A stretch of 63,915 nucleotides of DNA, counting the filler, from Licmophora abbreviata (Eukaryota): the NCBI GenBank assembly GCA_900291995.1. It is 8 parts of 8 records of this genome, joined end to end, with 100 filler letters (N's around TTAATTAATTAA, not from the genome) between each part and the next. Parts side by side here need not be neighbours in the genome. Positions count along the whole stretch, not along the records: positions 31,380 to 40,945 come from OLMU01000064.1; positions 41,046 to 43,445 come from OLMU01000065.1; positions 43,546 to 48,155 come from OLMU01000067.1; 5 more parts are not named here. One strand, 5' to 3'. A model generated the notes under the pieces. It saw nothing but the letters and a program-made list of their open reading frames with translations, was not told where the DNA came from and searched no databases. Within the stretch, counting starts at the first letter, position 1; every line of letters begins with the position of its first letter. The position numbers were made by a program, and so were the translations under genes. Positions 36,027 through 46,847 of the stretch are shown piece after piece.

Positions 36027-37237
36027 TTAAAATACTCCAGAGGCAACAGCCGCTCCAGCTGCTAAGGTCGTCCCAGCTGCGACACCGCCCCACATCCATG
36101 GCGTCGATCGTTCACTGGTAAACTGATCCGATCCAAGAAAGTCGGCAATAACTTCTGCGGTTTCGTCAGGCTTTTCCAAGTGAGGAACATGGCCGCACTC
36201 CTCGATCCAGCGAAGCTGCGCATTGGGGAGCGTCTCGACAAACTACAGACGGAATAAGTGAGACATTCGCTTGAGCTCACTTGCTTAACCCCACAGATAA
36301 CTCATGATCAATCACATCGACTCACCTTATTCGCGAACTCCTCTCCATCCAGGATACCGTCTTCTCGTCCCCACATGACCAGGGCTGGTGCTTGAATCGC
36401 AGCTACCTTTTCGGACGGGGAAAACCCACCGCTGAGCATGAAGGATATCAAGGCGTCATTCCACCCGTCACGTAGGCAGTGCAACCGTCCAATACGGAGA
36501 GCATCGTCTGTGGCAAATGTCTCTTTGTCGAAGTACGACATCTGGTTGGCCGAACTCCGGAGCGGTACGCTCTTCAAGACTTGCACTCCGAGCTGGGCAA
36601 CTGGCTTGGGCAGCGACGCCATGGGACCCACGCCATCTACGAAGCCCTGAGCATCCATAAGAACTATCCCCTTACAAAGATCTGGACTCGCATAGGCGAG
36701 TTCAATTGACGCCGCGCCGCCGAGACTAGCTCCAGCGACACAATAACTCCGTCCTTCGAGTACGGTTGAGACGAACCCCTGGAGAGCCTCAACCTTGGCC
36801 TTAGCCGAGAAATCGCTGACGCTTTCAAGCTGTGTGAAGCCCCATCCCAGAAGATCTACTGCATACGTATCGATTCCTCGGGCAGCCAGTCTGGCTCCAA
36901 GTCGACGATACTCTAAGCACGACGAGTCGAAGCCATGTATCATTACAAGCGGCAGGCTGGATGTCCGTCGCCCTTGAGCAGGCCAGTATACATACGAGAT
37001 TCCGACAGTGCCAGAAGAGCTAACTTCCGAAGAAACTGGAACTGGGACTTGTTTCATGCGGGCTGCCGTCTCTCGGCATGCTTCTTCCTCGATGGTGCTA
37101 ACGTCCGGCGCCACAAACGTCAGATCTGGCTGGGCACGAAGGACACGAGCATTTCTCGCCGTATGGGGAGCCAGGAAAGCCTGACACACTGAAGCTGATG
37201 CCAGTACGATGAGATTCGCTATCCTGACCTGTCGCAT
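36027..37237 (-). CDS. Alpha/beta-hydrolase fold protein, predicted plastid-targeted
   Basis: Presequence ...ASVCQA|FLAP. Motifs IHGFDSS, DLLGWG, GASLGG nucleophile elbow, WGREDGIL, CGHVPHLE. Intron 36325-36243; stop at 36027. Confidence 0.9.
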
Positions 37238-37513
37238 GGCTCTATAAGCTCGGCAGCGACGGCTCAAATTGCTTGCCATTGGGCATGCCAGGTATTGAAT
37301 ATGATGTGGCAAATATTCTTTCGCCTTTGCGTCGGAGGTCGGCGCGCCAATGGAGGTGAAGACGCGATGAGAGAGACACGTCATCACACGGCGCGCCAAA
37401 AATGTTCAAAACAAACCCGGAAGTTGAAGTTTGGATTGGATCGCAAAACCGCCGAGATGAGCCTTTCGCCGCGCGATCAGTTGATGCTTACTCTTTCGCA
37501 ATCCATCTGCATC

Positions 37514-38240
37514 ATGAAGTTTGCTGTAGCGTGTCTCACCTTTGCTGTCGTCGCTCCGATGTCTCTGGCCTTTGCGCCATCTACTTTTGGTGTGCGTTTG
37601 ACCACAAGTTTGCAGGCAGAAATTCGCGGACCGACTGACAAGGCGGAAAAGCTGCGTTTTGGTGAGTGCCATGTGGAGGCTGATGGGGCATGCGCTGTAT
37701 GATCTTTGTCGTCATCTCATAGCTAGTGCTCTATTGGTCTCTCTCGTCGTAGGATGGGATGGAACGACCGCGAAGGGGGGTGCGGTTGAAGTGGCAACAC
37801 CATCTCGGATGCTCGATGAAATTCGCGCCGCGGGAGAAACGATCCCTCCTGATTGTGAAGTTTTCAACGCCAACGTGGAAATGAGTGCCGACGACTTGAT
37901 GTTTGAGGATGTCATTGAAATCATCGATACGCACTATGAGTCCCAGCTATTACAATTCAAGAACGGTGATCTTTTGAATGAAGCTGGTGAGAATGAAGGC
38001 TCTGCCAAACTGCTCAGCTATGCGGCTCTTAGCGACATGGACAAGGAAACAACATTGAAGCTCTGGGGACAGTACTACAGAGAGGTTTTGGCCGATCCCG
38101 ACGGTGACTCCCACCAGAATATTCGCAATTTCATGAAGACAGGATGGAAAGGCGTCCCCTTCGAGAACGGAATTGGACTTACGAAGAAAGCCGTCGGAGA
38201 CAACGATTGGGACTGGGACGCGGAGAGTTGGATCCCCTAG
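37514..38240 (+). CDS. HopJ-family ('type III effector HopJ') domain protein, predicted plastid-targeted
   Basis: Presequence MKFAVACLTFAVVAPMSLA|FAP. HopJ pattern FEDVIEIIDTHY...FKNGDLLNEAGENEGSAK...GQYYREVL...HQNIRNFMKTGWKGV. Intron 37662-37752. Confidence 0.85.
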
Positions 38241-38304
38241 GAAAAACAAGTGTAGAAAAGATGGACTTAGCTTTGACTTTTATACCGTTTGGTGTTAATG
38301 AGAT

Positions 38305-39906
38305 CTAAGCTGGGACCTCTTGGCTCACGAAATCTCGAATGGCAGCAAGATTTGAGCACAGATCTCGCACGATACGTCCTTCAACGATTGACACCGGTAG
38401 GTACGCACGGGGGCTTACTTCCACCGCATATGTCAGTCTCATTGCTTCTTTACCCGCTGGTGCACACCCGGGTAGTGGCTGCATGCGCCATACACCCTGG
38501 TACATTCGGAACTCTCCATCGTCGTTCTCGATGCTTTGCATTGAAATATCCCTTGTCGGTAGAGTGGACACTGCAAAGGGACGAGGGAACCTATATCTTT
38601 CTAGCTTCACTCTGGCGTGCGCTTCTGCTCTATCGTTTCGAGATTCTCCCTTATAAACAGATTCCTGGAAATGGGCAAAGTCCGGGAGGCCCTGGGGCCA
38701 CTCGCGAACTTCTAGCGTTGTACGAGCCGAGAAGTTAATTCCAGCGACCTTGGCACCACCGACTTGCTTCAGCAATGCGCCCTTCATCTGCTTGGATAGC
38801 TGCTCACATTGTTTTGTTTCAGGGATTGAATCATCAACTGAGATCGAGCTCAAAGGCTTTGCGTCGTACGTCTCCAGCACGTCATTCACCACAAGGTTCG
38901 GTACAACGTCCTGGAGCTTCTCGTATTTGGTGAGAAGATCCCACACCTCATCAACACTTCCCATGATATCAATTCCTGCAAAGATCCGTCTGGAGTTTTC
39001 TGGTGCTTTCTCGACACGCACGATGGCCTCACCTGGGACGAGACACTGTTCCTGGTCGAGAAACGGTGGTGCCATTTCGCTTTCGTGATAGCCGACATCG
39101 TCAAATTTGAGTTGGGACACATCCATGTCCACCGAGTCGTAAATATCGGCAAGGACCTTCTGAGAGGCCACCTCCTCGGCCGCTGCCACTGCTGTTGCCG
39201 CTCCCTGCGCCTGGGCGATCGCGGCCACCTGCACAGCCTCGATTGCCTGTGTAGCTTGTACTTTGGCTTCTTCCATGGAGCTCCTAGCCTTACTCAGTGA
39301 TACCTCCATGTCCAGCAACGAGTCCTCCATGGGCGCGAAGGCTTCCTCTACCAAAGCCGTCACATCAGACTCGACGTCTGCATTCTCAACTGTAACGCTG
39401 CCATTGGCTCCTCTATTTAGCTGCCGCGGTCGCCGGCTCAGAACTTCTTCGACCGCCATATCCATAGCTCCCACGGTCGCATCCTTCAACACCGACGCAA
39501 TTGCTCGAGGTAATGGAACCGTGGTGGCAATAGGACGCACGACGAATGTGTTGGCTAGCTTTTTGATTCGATTTCTTATCTTTTTTTGTCGGCTCAACTC
39601 CTCTTCGTCAGAGTTTGGTTCATGCGAGTCGTCTCCGCTGGTCGAAAGAAGCTTCGACGAGATGGGTCGGATGGCCAATTGTACCGACGTAGGGCTGGTT
39701 CGGCCTGACGAAACGGATGGCGACGTCAAGTAACGCAAAGATGGTTGCTGGTCTAATATCGCTCTGTGCTTTCTCAATTGTGGTGACGACACGAAGGCCG
39801 TCGCGTCTCTTGGAGTAAGCAGTCGCCCAGCAGAGGACTGACGTAAAGCGTCAACCCGCGCCACCCAGGTCGCTATCAGAAACGGAAACACACTGTGACA
39901 CCTCAT
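38305..39906 (-). CDS. SRPBCC/polyketide cyclase (START-like) domain protein with signal/transit peptide
   Basis: RRIFAGIDI...VWDLLTKYEKLQDVVPNL...LKQVG...FSARTTLEVRE...GEFRMYQGVWRM...LTYAVEVSP...LPVSIVEGRI; hydrophobic N-terminus. Confidence 0.82.
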   Translation of the reverse strand: MRCHSVFPFLIATWVARVDALRQSSAGRLLTPRDATAFVSSPQLRKHRAILDQQPSLRYLTSPSVSSGRTSPTSVQLAIRPISSKLLSTSGDDSHEPNSDEEELSRQKKIRNRIKKLANTFVVRPIATTVPLPRAIASVLKDATVGAMDMAVEEVLSRRPRQLNRGANGSVTVENADVESDVTALVEEAFAPMEDSLLDMEVSLSKARSSMEEAKVQATQAIEAVQVAAIAQAQGAATAVAAAEEVASQKVLADIYDSVDMDVSQLKFDDVGYHESEMAPPFLDQEQCLVPGEAIVRVEKAPENSRRIFAGIDIMGSVDEVWDLLTKYEKLQDVVPNLVVNDVLETYDAKPLSSISVDDSIPETKQCEQLSKQMKGALLKQVGGAKVAGINFSARTTLEVREWPQGLPDFAHFQESVYKGESRNDRAEAHARVKLERYRFPRPFAVSTLPTRDISMQSIENDDGEFRMYQGVWRMQPLPGCAPAGKEAMRLTYAVEVSPRAYLPVSIVEGRIVRDLCSNLAAIRDFVSQEVPA

Positions 39907-40066
39907 TGTTGATCCGGAAAGAAAGTGATCAGGAGCTCACTCCGACAACGGTAGCCGCATCCACGAAGCAGCTTTGCTGAATTGTGTTGTCAGTCAAAGA
40001 ACACTTGACCAAATGGAACGTGTCGCGGCCGGTTTTCTCTCTTTCGAGAAAAGGCGCGCCGCGCAA

Positions 40067-40076
40067 CTGACGTCAG
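40067..40076. promoter_or_regulatory. Perfect CRE-type palindrome CTGACGTCAG
   Basis: 10-bp palindrome with a TGACGT core, about 160 bp upstream of the SRPBCC gene ATG at 39906. Confidence 0.35.
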
Positions 40077-40223
40077 CCCTCAAACGCACGACGCAGAGAC
40101 CCTGCAAGGTTTTACAAAGGTGGCTGAAAATCATGCTATACAAACAGTAGGCAATTACTTCACATGACATGACTCGACTCCTGTAGTTTAGCTAAAGTTA
40201 GTAATCACACGCCAAAGAACTTA

Positions 40224-41988
40224 TCACTGAAGTGCTGCGTCTGATTTCTTGATACCGACTGTGCCACAATATAGAACGAAACAACAGGAGGTGAGCACGA
40301 ACGTGCAAATCAAGCGCCGGTATCCACTCACGTCACACCTCGAAAACAGCATGCTTACGCGTATTGAACGAATCCCAGCGATTCTCGGTGTCAACACCCA
40401 ATCGGATCCATTGAGTTACAATCTTCTTTTCGCCTTCAAAAACAGGACAGCCTGAGTGCTCAGTGAATCCAGTGTCCATTACGCGGCTTTCGGGATCGAC
40501 GTAGCTAAAAAAGATGGCGTTGCCTGCGACAGGTTTGACGTGAACACCTGCATTTCGAAAATTCGTCGCCCCGCCCGATGTAGGAAGGGTGCAGTACATG
40601 ACCATGGTCGCCATCCTGTGAGAATTATTGAGCACACAGCGTCAGCTCTCATCAGAGCTCGATTGGAGCGACAAATCGCATGCACTCATGTCTTGCGGCA
40701 GACAGAACAACGTACCTGGTCCCAGTTTTGTGTGGTAGACCTGTGCAATCACCGTCGCAGTGAGGGGTGTATCGATCGGGCTCTGTGTCATTCTTGCCAT
40801 GCCCAAAATACTGAATGGACATTAGATCTTCCTGGCCAAACTCTTCGATTCCGAGCCCTAGCACATGGTTCGTATAATCGTAAACCCTTCTGCTCAATCG
40901 TGCGATTGGGTCACCCTGTCGTGTGCAAATAAGTTAAACGTAGACNNNNNNNNNNNNNNNNNNNNNNNNNNNNNNNNNNNNNNNNNNNNTTAATTAATTA
41001 ANNNNNNNNNNNNNNNNNNNNNNNNNNNNNNNNNNNNNNNNNNNNGGTCATTGTGAATATGAAAGGACGACGAGACGCTCTCCTACGCGACACAGTGGTC
41101 TGATAATCTCACCTGCTCTTCCTCGTCCCATTGAACGGTGATTCCAGCCTGCATTGCTTTTCGATTCGGAGAAAGCTGTGATCCTCCCTTCCCGTCGGCG
41201 ACCGTGGCACGATGCAGTGTTCGGGCGGCTGTCGTTTCCATCGCTTCGCATTCCTCGACGGAGATAAAGTCTTCGATGACGTGAATCTTGCTTGAAGGTC
41301 GATCGTGTTTGATGTGGGCAGTTCGCACGTATCCGTTCCGATCCGTCCATGACTCTGTCTCTAGATCAGCCGTCGTGTCCAGTGAATCGTCAACGCACGT
41401 GTAGTTCTCGAGCAGTTCCGCCATATCCGTACGAACCGACGCCTGAAAGGCAATCTCCTCATTTGCCTTCTCCAAAGTACGAGCGACACCTGACTCGACA
41501 CAAGACGACAGCAGTTCCATCGCTTCCAGCGCAGCGTCTGCAGAGCCTCCTGATTTCTCAATGATCGACTGCGCCTTGGCTTGGCAGCGGTCGACGATGT
41601 CTTCCGCTTCGTCCTTGGCGGCCGTCTTGTTGTCAGTTTGCTCAATCACGAGTCCCTCCAGCACTCGTACCAGTTGGTCATCGTTCTCCGATACCACAAA
41701 AGATCCAGTACGGCAAGTCTGATCCGGAGTATTACAAACGCCCGTCTTTTCCGAAGGAGCTTCCCGAAATTCAAACTCATGTCCCACAAAGGAATTCAAG
41801 GGCATCGATGCGCCCTTGAACACAAAGGGCGTGGACATGAGAACACGCTCGCCTGTCTGAGCATTTATCCAATACACTTCCACATTGGAACCACTCTCGT
41901 TCAACATCCGGATGGAACGACTCATGGGCCGTCCCTGCACGATAGTAAACGCGGCCAGAGCCGCCACAAGGAATCGTAGCAACGTCAT
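40224..41988 (-). CDS. Secreted 2OG-Fe(II) prolyl 4-hydroxylase with an N-terminal VHL-beta-like domain
   Basis: Signal peptide; IHVIEDFISVEEC, YTPHCDG (HxD), RMATMVMY, GGATNF, TEHSGCPVFEGEKKIVTQWIR. Introns 41111-40916 (contains the assembly gap), 40715-40616 and 40358-40259. Confidence 0.9.
40946..41045. other. Assembly gap with TTAATTAATTAA linker (within a P4H intron)
   Basis: Same 100-nt spacer as the other gaps. Confidence 0.97.
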
Positions 41989-42502
41989 GGTCGATCTTCT
42001 CTTTGCTGCAATGTTGCTGTCGCAATGCTCGTGACTCGTGATTTAATTTGATACCGCGTTTCTACGTTAAATCTCAGTAGAGGGTCATTGTGATATTCTC
42101 CGCCATACTTTGGGCCTGATGAAGCCGGAGAACGAGGGGAGCCGCATAGCCGCTGCGACGACAATCCGACACCGACACGGTTCAGAATACCTTTCCCGCT
42201 AATTTCTGAAATTGCAACGGGCTCGACCAGTCGGGCACGTGTCACACTCGCCGATGCTATGTCGTCCCTCTTGCCGCACGTACGATCGCCGGGCTGGGCA
42301 CAAGCTCTTTTTCCACCGAAAAACTGAGCCTCGCTTCGCTTTCCGCTCGTTGTAGGACGAACCGCGCCATGCCTGGCATCAGCGTTTTCGATAGATCGAC
42401 CCAAGTCTAGAGTCCACCACCATGACTTGATGGAGCAGGCGTAAAAACACGGATGACTATAACTTAGATAACATCAAAATAGAGCATCGCAGTAGAGCCC
42501 GA

Positions 42503-44127
42503 TTACTTGAAGTCGGACTGCATCACGTTGAGAATATCGTCACGCACAATCAACTGCGGGTCAAACTCTTCGTCCTCTTCCATAGTCGCAGTTCGCATCC
42601 GCCGACGGATCTCAGTTCGGGCTCCGCTCAGAAGTATCTCACTGACGCGACCGTTGCGGTCATTGCGCCATGCGGCAGTTGTCTCCTGCTCGAGCATATC
42701 TGCAATCGTACCTTCTGTTAGATCTTCTGTGAGATCGAAGCCCTTCGCTTCGCACAGGTCGACAAAGACTCTAGACAGTTCGTGGCAGCTGTAGTCCGGG
42801 AATTCAAACGTAAGCGGAAATTTCTTGCGCAAATCGCTGTGGTAGGCCAAAAAGGTTTGCATCTCCACGGGGAAACCCGCAAGGATGATCAGTGGGTAGC
42901 TGTCGCCCGAGCTGGCCTTGGTACTTTCTTGCATGGAGTGAACGATCTCGGCAATAGCGTCATTGCCCGTGTCGAGACGGTTGCGTCTTGATGCCATTCC
43001 CAGCGTGTACGCCTCGTCGATGAAGAGAATACCGCCGCGGGCTTCGTCCAGAACTTCGCGCGTCTTGAGAATGGTTGTCTCGCGGTCTCGGCCAACAAGG
43101 TCCATGCGCTCTACTTCCAAGAACTTTGGTTTGCGGAGAAGACCAAGCTCGTGGTAGGCCTTGGCCAACAAACGCGCAACGGCTGTCTTACCAGTACCTA
43201 CAAGAAGAAAGAATGGACGAGATTTCTGAGCTCATGGACTGCTTCACAACCTACAAACGTACGACAACGCACAATGACATACCTGGATTGCCGACAAATA
43301 CCATGTGACCAGCACGGGGCCTGCCCGAGTCGTCCACTAGTCCCGGAGAAATCAGCGCAAGCGGAGAGGGACCTCGTGTCGTGCGAGAAGTAGCGGGAAT
43401 CAGTGACTCGCGGAGATCGCTAATCTCGGCGGAACGACGCAACCCNNNNNNNNNNNNNNNNNNNNNNNNNNNNNNNNNNNNNNNNNNNNTTAATTAATTA
43501 ANNNNNNNNNNNNNNNNNNNNNNNNNNNNNNNNNNNNNNNNNNNNGTACTGGTTGCGGACAGTGGCACCTTCGGGGTGACGACCGAGCAAGAGTTCCACC
43601 GTGTCGAGCGGTGCCTGCCACATGGCAGCTTGGTGAATTGGAAGGTTACCAGCGCTGTTGGGCTGTGAAGCTCCCCCGGGATAAGCCTTGAGAAGGGATT
43701 CGACCACATCGCCACTAGCTTGGAAGGAACATGCAGCGTGGAGAGGTAGATTGCCGCGCTCATTCAAGCGGGAAGCTTCTTCCGGAAAGGAAGGGGCCTA
43801 GAAGATGGCAGAGAAGGATGATGAGTAAGCAGTGCTAGTGATGTCTCTAGAACAGACAGTTCGCAAAGGTCGAACAGGACATAAACGATGCGATGCAGTT
43901 TGGCGATCGCAAGTCTTGGTTGCATGAAAGTCGCAACGCCTAATACAGTTTTGCGCCCCGCGTTCTTGCAAGCACACAGCATCATCGAGTTCGGCCACAA
44001 AACAGCCACCCACGAAAAGTTATATCTCCAGCCCCATTTCATTCCCAGGGATCGACAGGCTCACCTTGCTGCGGCTCAAGAGCGCTCCAAAGCCCTTGCA
44101 AAGGTCGTGCAGGGTGGTATCCGTCAT
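42503..44127 (-). CDS. Ankyrin-like repeat + CbbX/CfxQ-type AAA+ ATPase, copy A (middle hidden by a gap)
   Basis: Exon 1 MTDTTLHDLCKG...; intron 44064-43798; GNLPLH/GNLPIH ankyrin-like repeats. Walker A HMVFVGNPG|TGKT is split by intron 43282-43198. Walker B ILFIDEAYTL, then ILAGF, FEFPDY and RNGR. Confidence 0.85.
43446..43545. other. Assembly gap with TTAATTAATTAA linker (inside AAA copy A)
   Basis: Same 100-nt spacer as the other gaps. Confidence 0.97.
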
Positions 44128-44423
44128 GATGAGAAGCAGGTATTGCGTTTAGAGTTTACGTCAATCGGTTTCAGCTGCGACGCGACAAAATCAGAAGGTC
44201 CTACAGTTGACGAACAAGTTTAGGTCCGGAAAGGCTTCAGTTAAAAGACCGAAACCAATGGATTGGCAGCTTGAATGCACAACGACGACAGCAACACCAT
44301 TGATGGGCTTCTTGAGGTCTCTGTCTCCCGCCGTGACCTGGTGCATGCGTTGAGCGGCTAGCTTTTAACGCACCCAACGCATGATTTGCTAAGTCTTGGA
44401 TGTTATGTTATAAACCGTAACGG

Positions 44424-44440
44424 AATGTAATCATTACATT
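44424..44440. promoter_or_regulatory. Palindrome AATGTAAT-C-ATTACATT in the bidirectional intergenic region of the ANK-AAA pair
   Basis: Perfect 8-bp inverted repeat with a 1-nt spacer, inside an AT-rich patch (44400-44470), 94 bp upstream of the ATG at 44534. Confidence 0.4.
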
Positions 44441-44533
44441 TAGTGTATTTATACATGAATAAATGCAATTCTCCTTCCCAACGCTCGCCTTTCCGTTCAA
44501 GACACAAAATCACATATCGTGATCAAAGTCACC

Positions 44534-46615
44534 ATGGCGAGCAGCGATCTTGGAAGCACCGGCGGCGGGAGCGCTGTTGCCCCTTCGGGCGACTTTGTGG
44601 ACCTGCATGAACTCGCCAAAGGCTGGAAAGCTGCCATCGCGAGAGCGAAGGATCCAGCGACGAGGTAGGACGATGTGTGACTGGGACGATAGTCGGTGAT
44701 GCGTTCCACGCCATCACTCCGCGTGAGAATCCGACATGACCTCTGTAGCTCACTAGTGCCTTTCCTTTCACATGAATCGTCTCGCATTTTTATAGACACG
44801 AGACACAAGTGAAAAATGATCGCGGGAACCTTCCACTGCATTCTGCGGCATCATTTCGGGCTCCCCTTGAGGTTGCAGGTACGTGAACTCATTTTCCGTT
44901 TGGTCCAGCTTTGTGCCATGATCCAAGATTCAACGCTTACAAGTCGCTTCTCTTGTTTTTTTAATTTACAGAGGCCCTGCTTGATGCTTATCCCAATGCT
45001 GCATCGATTACAAACAATTACGGAAACCTGGCTCTTCACTTCACCGCCTGGAAGAAGGGTCCACTTGAGGTAGAAAAGTTGTTGCTCAAGGTGTACCCGG
45101 AGGGAGCTGCTCAGCAGAATAACCATGGGAACTTGCCGTTGCATTATGCTGCGCATTACAATGCTCCTCTTGAAGTCGTCGAGGCTCTCTACCACGCCTA
45201 CCCCGAAGGCGCCGCGCAGAAGAACAACGACAACAACACTCCTCTCGACTTGGCAATTGCAGATGGTGCCAGTCCCAACGTCGTTGCTCTCTTGCAAGGC
45301 AAGAATATCCCGCCAACAGACGACGAGGTCCTAGAGGGCGCCAAAGCTCGTTGTGAGCGTATGGAGAAGGAGTTACAGCGTCACATGGAAAGGCACGACA
45401 CCACTAACGACGATGTGGAGACTGTTTTGTCGCTGTTGATGGATGTACGTGACGGAATCCCACATGCGTTGTACTCGGCCGGAGTTGACCCGGGCAAGGC
45501 TGGCGACTTGGATACTCTCCTGGATCAGGTAAGAGATCGTGTTGAATTGATGGTGTGTACGGGTGTCGTTGTCGACATTCAAGTGATCTTACCGTTTGCC
45601 ACTTGTTCATGCGCACCAGGTTCGAAAGGCTGCTTCGGAGGACAAAGGGCTTGGTGGTGGCGACGAGTCTGCTTTGCACGCCTACGGACAGGCACATGAT
45701 GAGGAAGAGGAAGCTCAGATTATTCAGGACGCCCTCTGTCCTGCCGATGACGAAGTCGAATCTGCCCTCGCTGAATTGATTGGAATGGAGCCGGTCAAGA
45801 ACCAGATCCGTGGGCTTCGCCGTACCCTCGAGATGGAGAGCGTAAAGAAGATCGCCTCACGTCACATGGCGTTCGTCGGAAATCCCGGCACAGGAAAGAG
45901 CACTGTTGCTCGTCTCTTGGTACCTCTGCTCTATCAAATCGGAGCGGTCAAGTCGCCTACGATGGTGGAAGTCGGCCGCGAGGACCTGATTGATCGCAAG
46001 AGCGAAGCACGCACGGTCTTCAAGACTCGTAAGGTTCTCGATCGCGCCGCGGGAGGCGTCCTTTTTATTAATGAGGCCTACACGCTACTCCCATCTACTG
46101 GTCGTCCTCGTGGACGAGACCATGGCGCTGCGGCACTGCGTGAGATCGCACGGGCACTTCCCACCGGAAGTCCACTTGTTATTCTCACTGGGGCTCCTCT
46201 TGAACTGCAACGCATTCTCACGAGTGACATTGGGTTCAAGGGACAATTCTTGACTAGGATTGAGTTTTCAGATCCGTCATCGATGCAGATCTCCCGCATG
46301 TTCATGTCCAAGCTCAATGAGAAGGGGCTGGTGCCCGTGGAGGGCCTCACGACGGAGTACCTGTCCGAGCTGCTGGATACCAACACGGACGAGGACTGGC
46401 GATCAGAGCGAAATGGTCGTATTAGTGATTTACTTATTCAAGGTGTACGGACCGAGATGCGAAAGCGCAGGGCAGTCATTGACGATCAGTCCAAAGCATC
46501 GATGAGCCCAATGAAGATCTTGAGTCCAGGTTCGAACAAGATGCCCTCGTTTACACCAGAAGAAATCACAGTGACTGTGGAGGATGTGCAGAATGCCATT
46601 GTCAACGGCATGTAA
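44534..46615 (+). CDS. Ankyrin-like repeat + CbbX/CfxQ-type AAA+ ATPase, copy B (degenerate Walker B)
   Basis: Exon 1 ...DLHELAKG; introns 44665-44795, 44879-44971 and 45529-45619. GNLPLH/GNLALH/NTPLD repeats; LIGMEPVKNQI; HMAFVGNPGTGKS; VLFINEAYTL; RNGR. Confidence 0.9.
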
Positions 46616-46847
46616 AAATCCATCCATCGCGTTCGATTCATTTTCAGTGTGGAGCGTGCTAAGTAGTTTATGTTAGTAGCCTCGAACGTCATCAGTAGTT
46701 TCTAACTTGAGCAGTCTCTAACTAGAGCCCTCAGTGCCATGCCTCAATTGCATGTTTGCGTGCTCGATAGAACGACACATGTCCCGCCTCAGTTCTTCCA
46801 ATGGCCGGAAACGGTGGTGTCCTCCTTCAACTTCTAGCACGCAGCCC

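Noticed and set aside
37514..38240. Bacterial contamination suggested by HopJ, AdoMetDC or MgtE-like genes
   Set aside because: These genes carry spliceosomal introns and/or eukaryotic targeting peptides and are contiguous with clearly eukaryotic genes.
42503..46615. Calling the AAA genes cbbX (Rubisco activase)
   Set aside because: No plastid presequence, an ankyrin N-terminus, no pore-loop Tyr and a degenerate Arg-finger region; only the AAA clade is shared.
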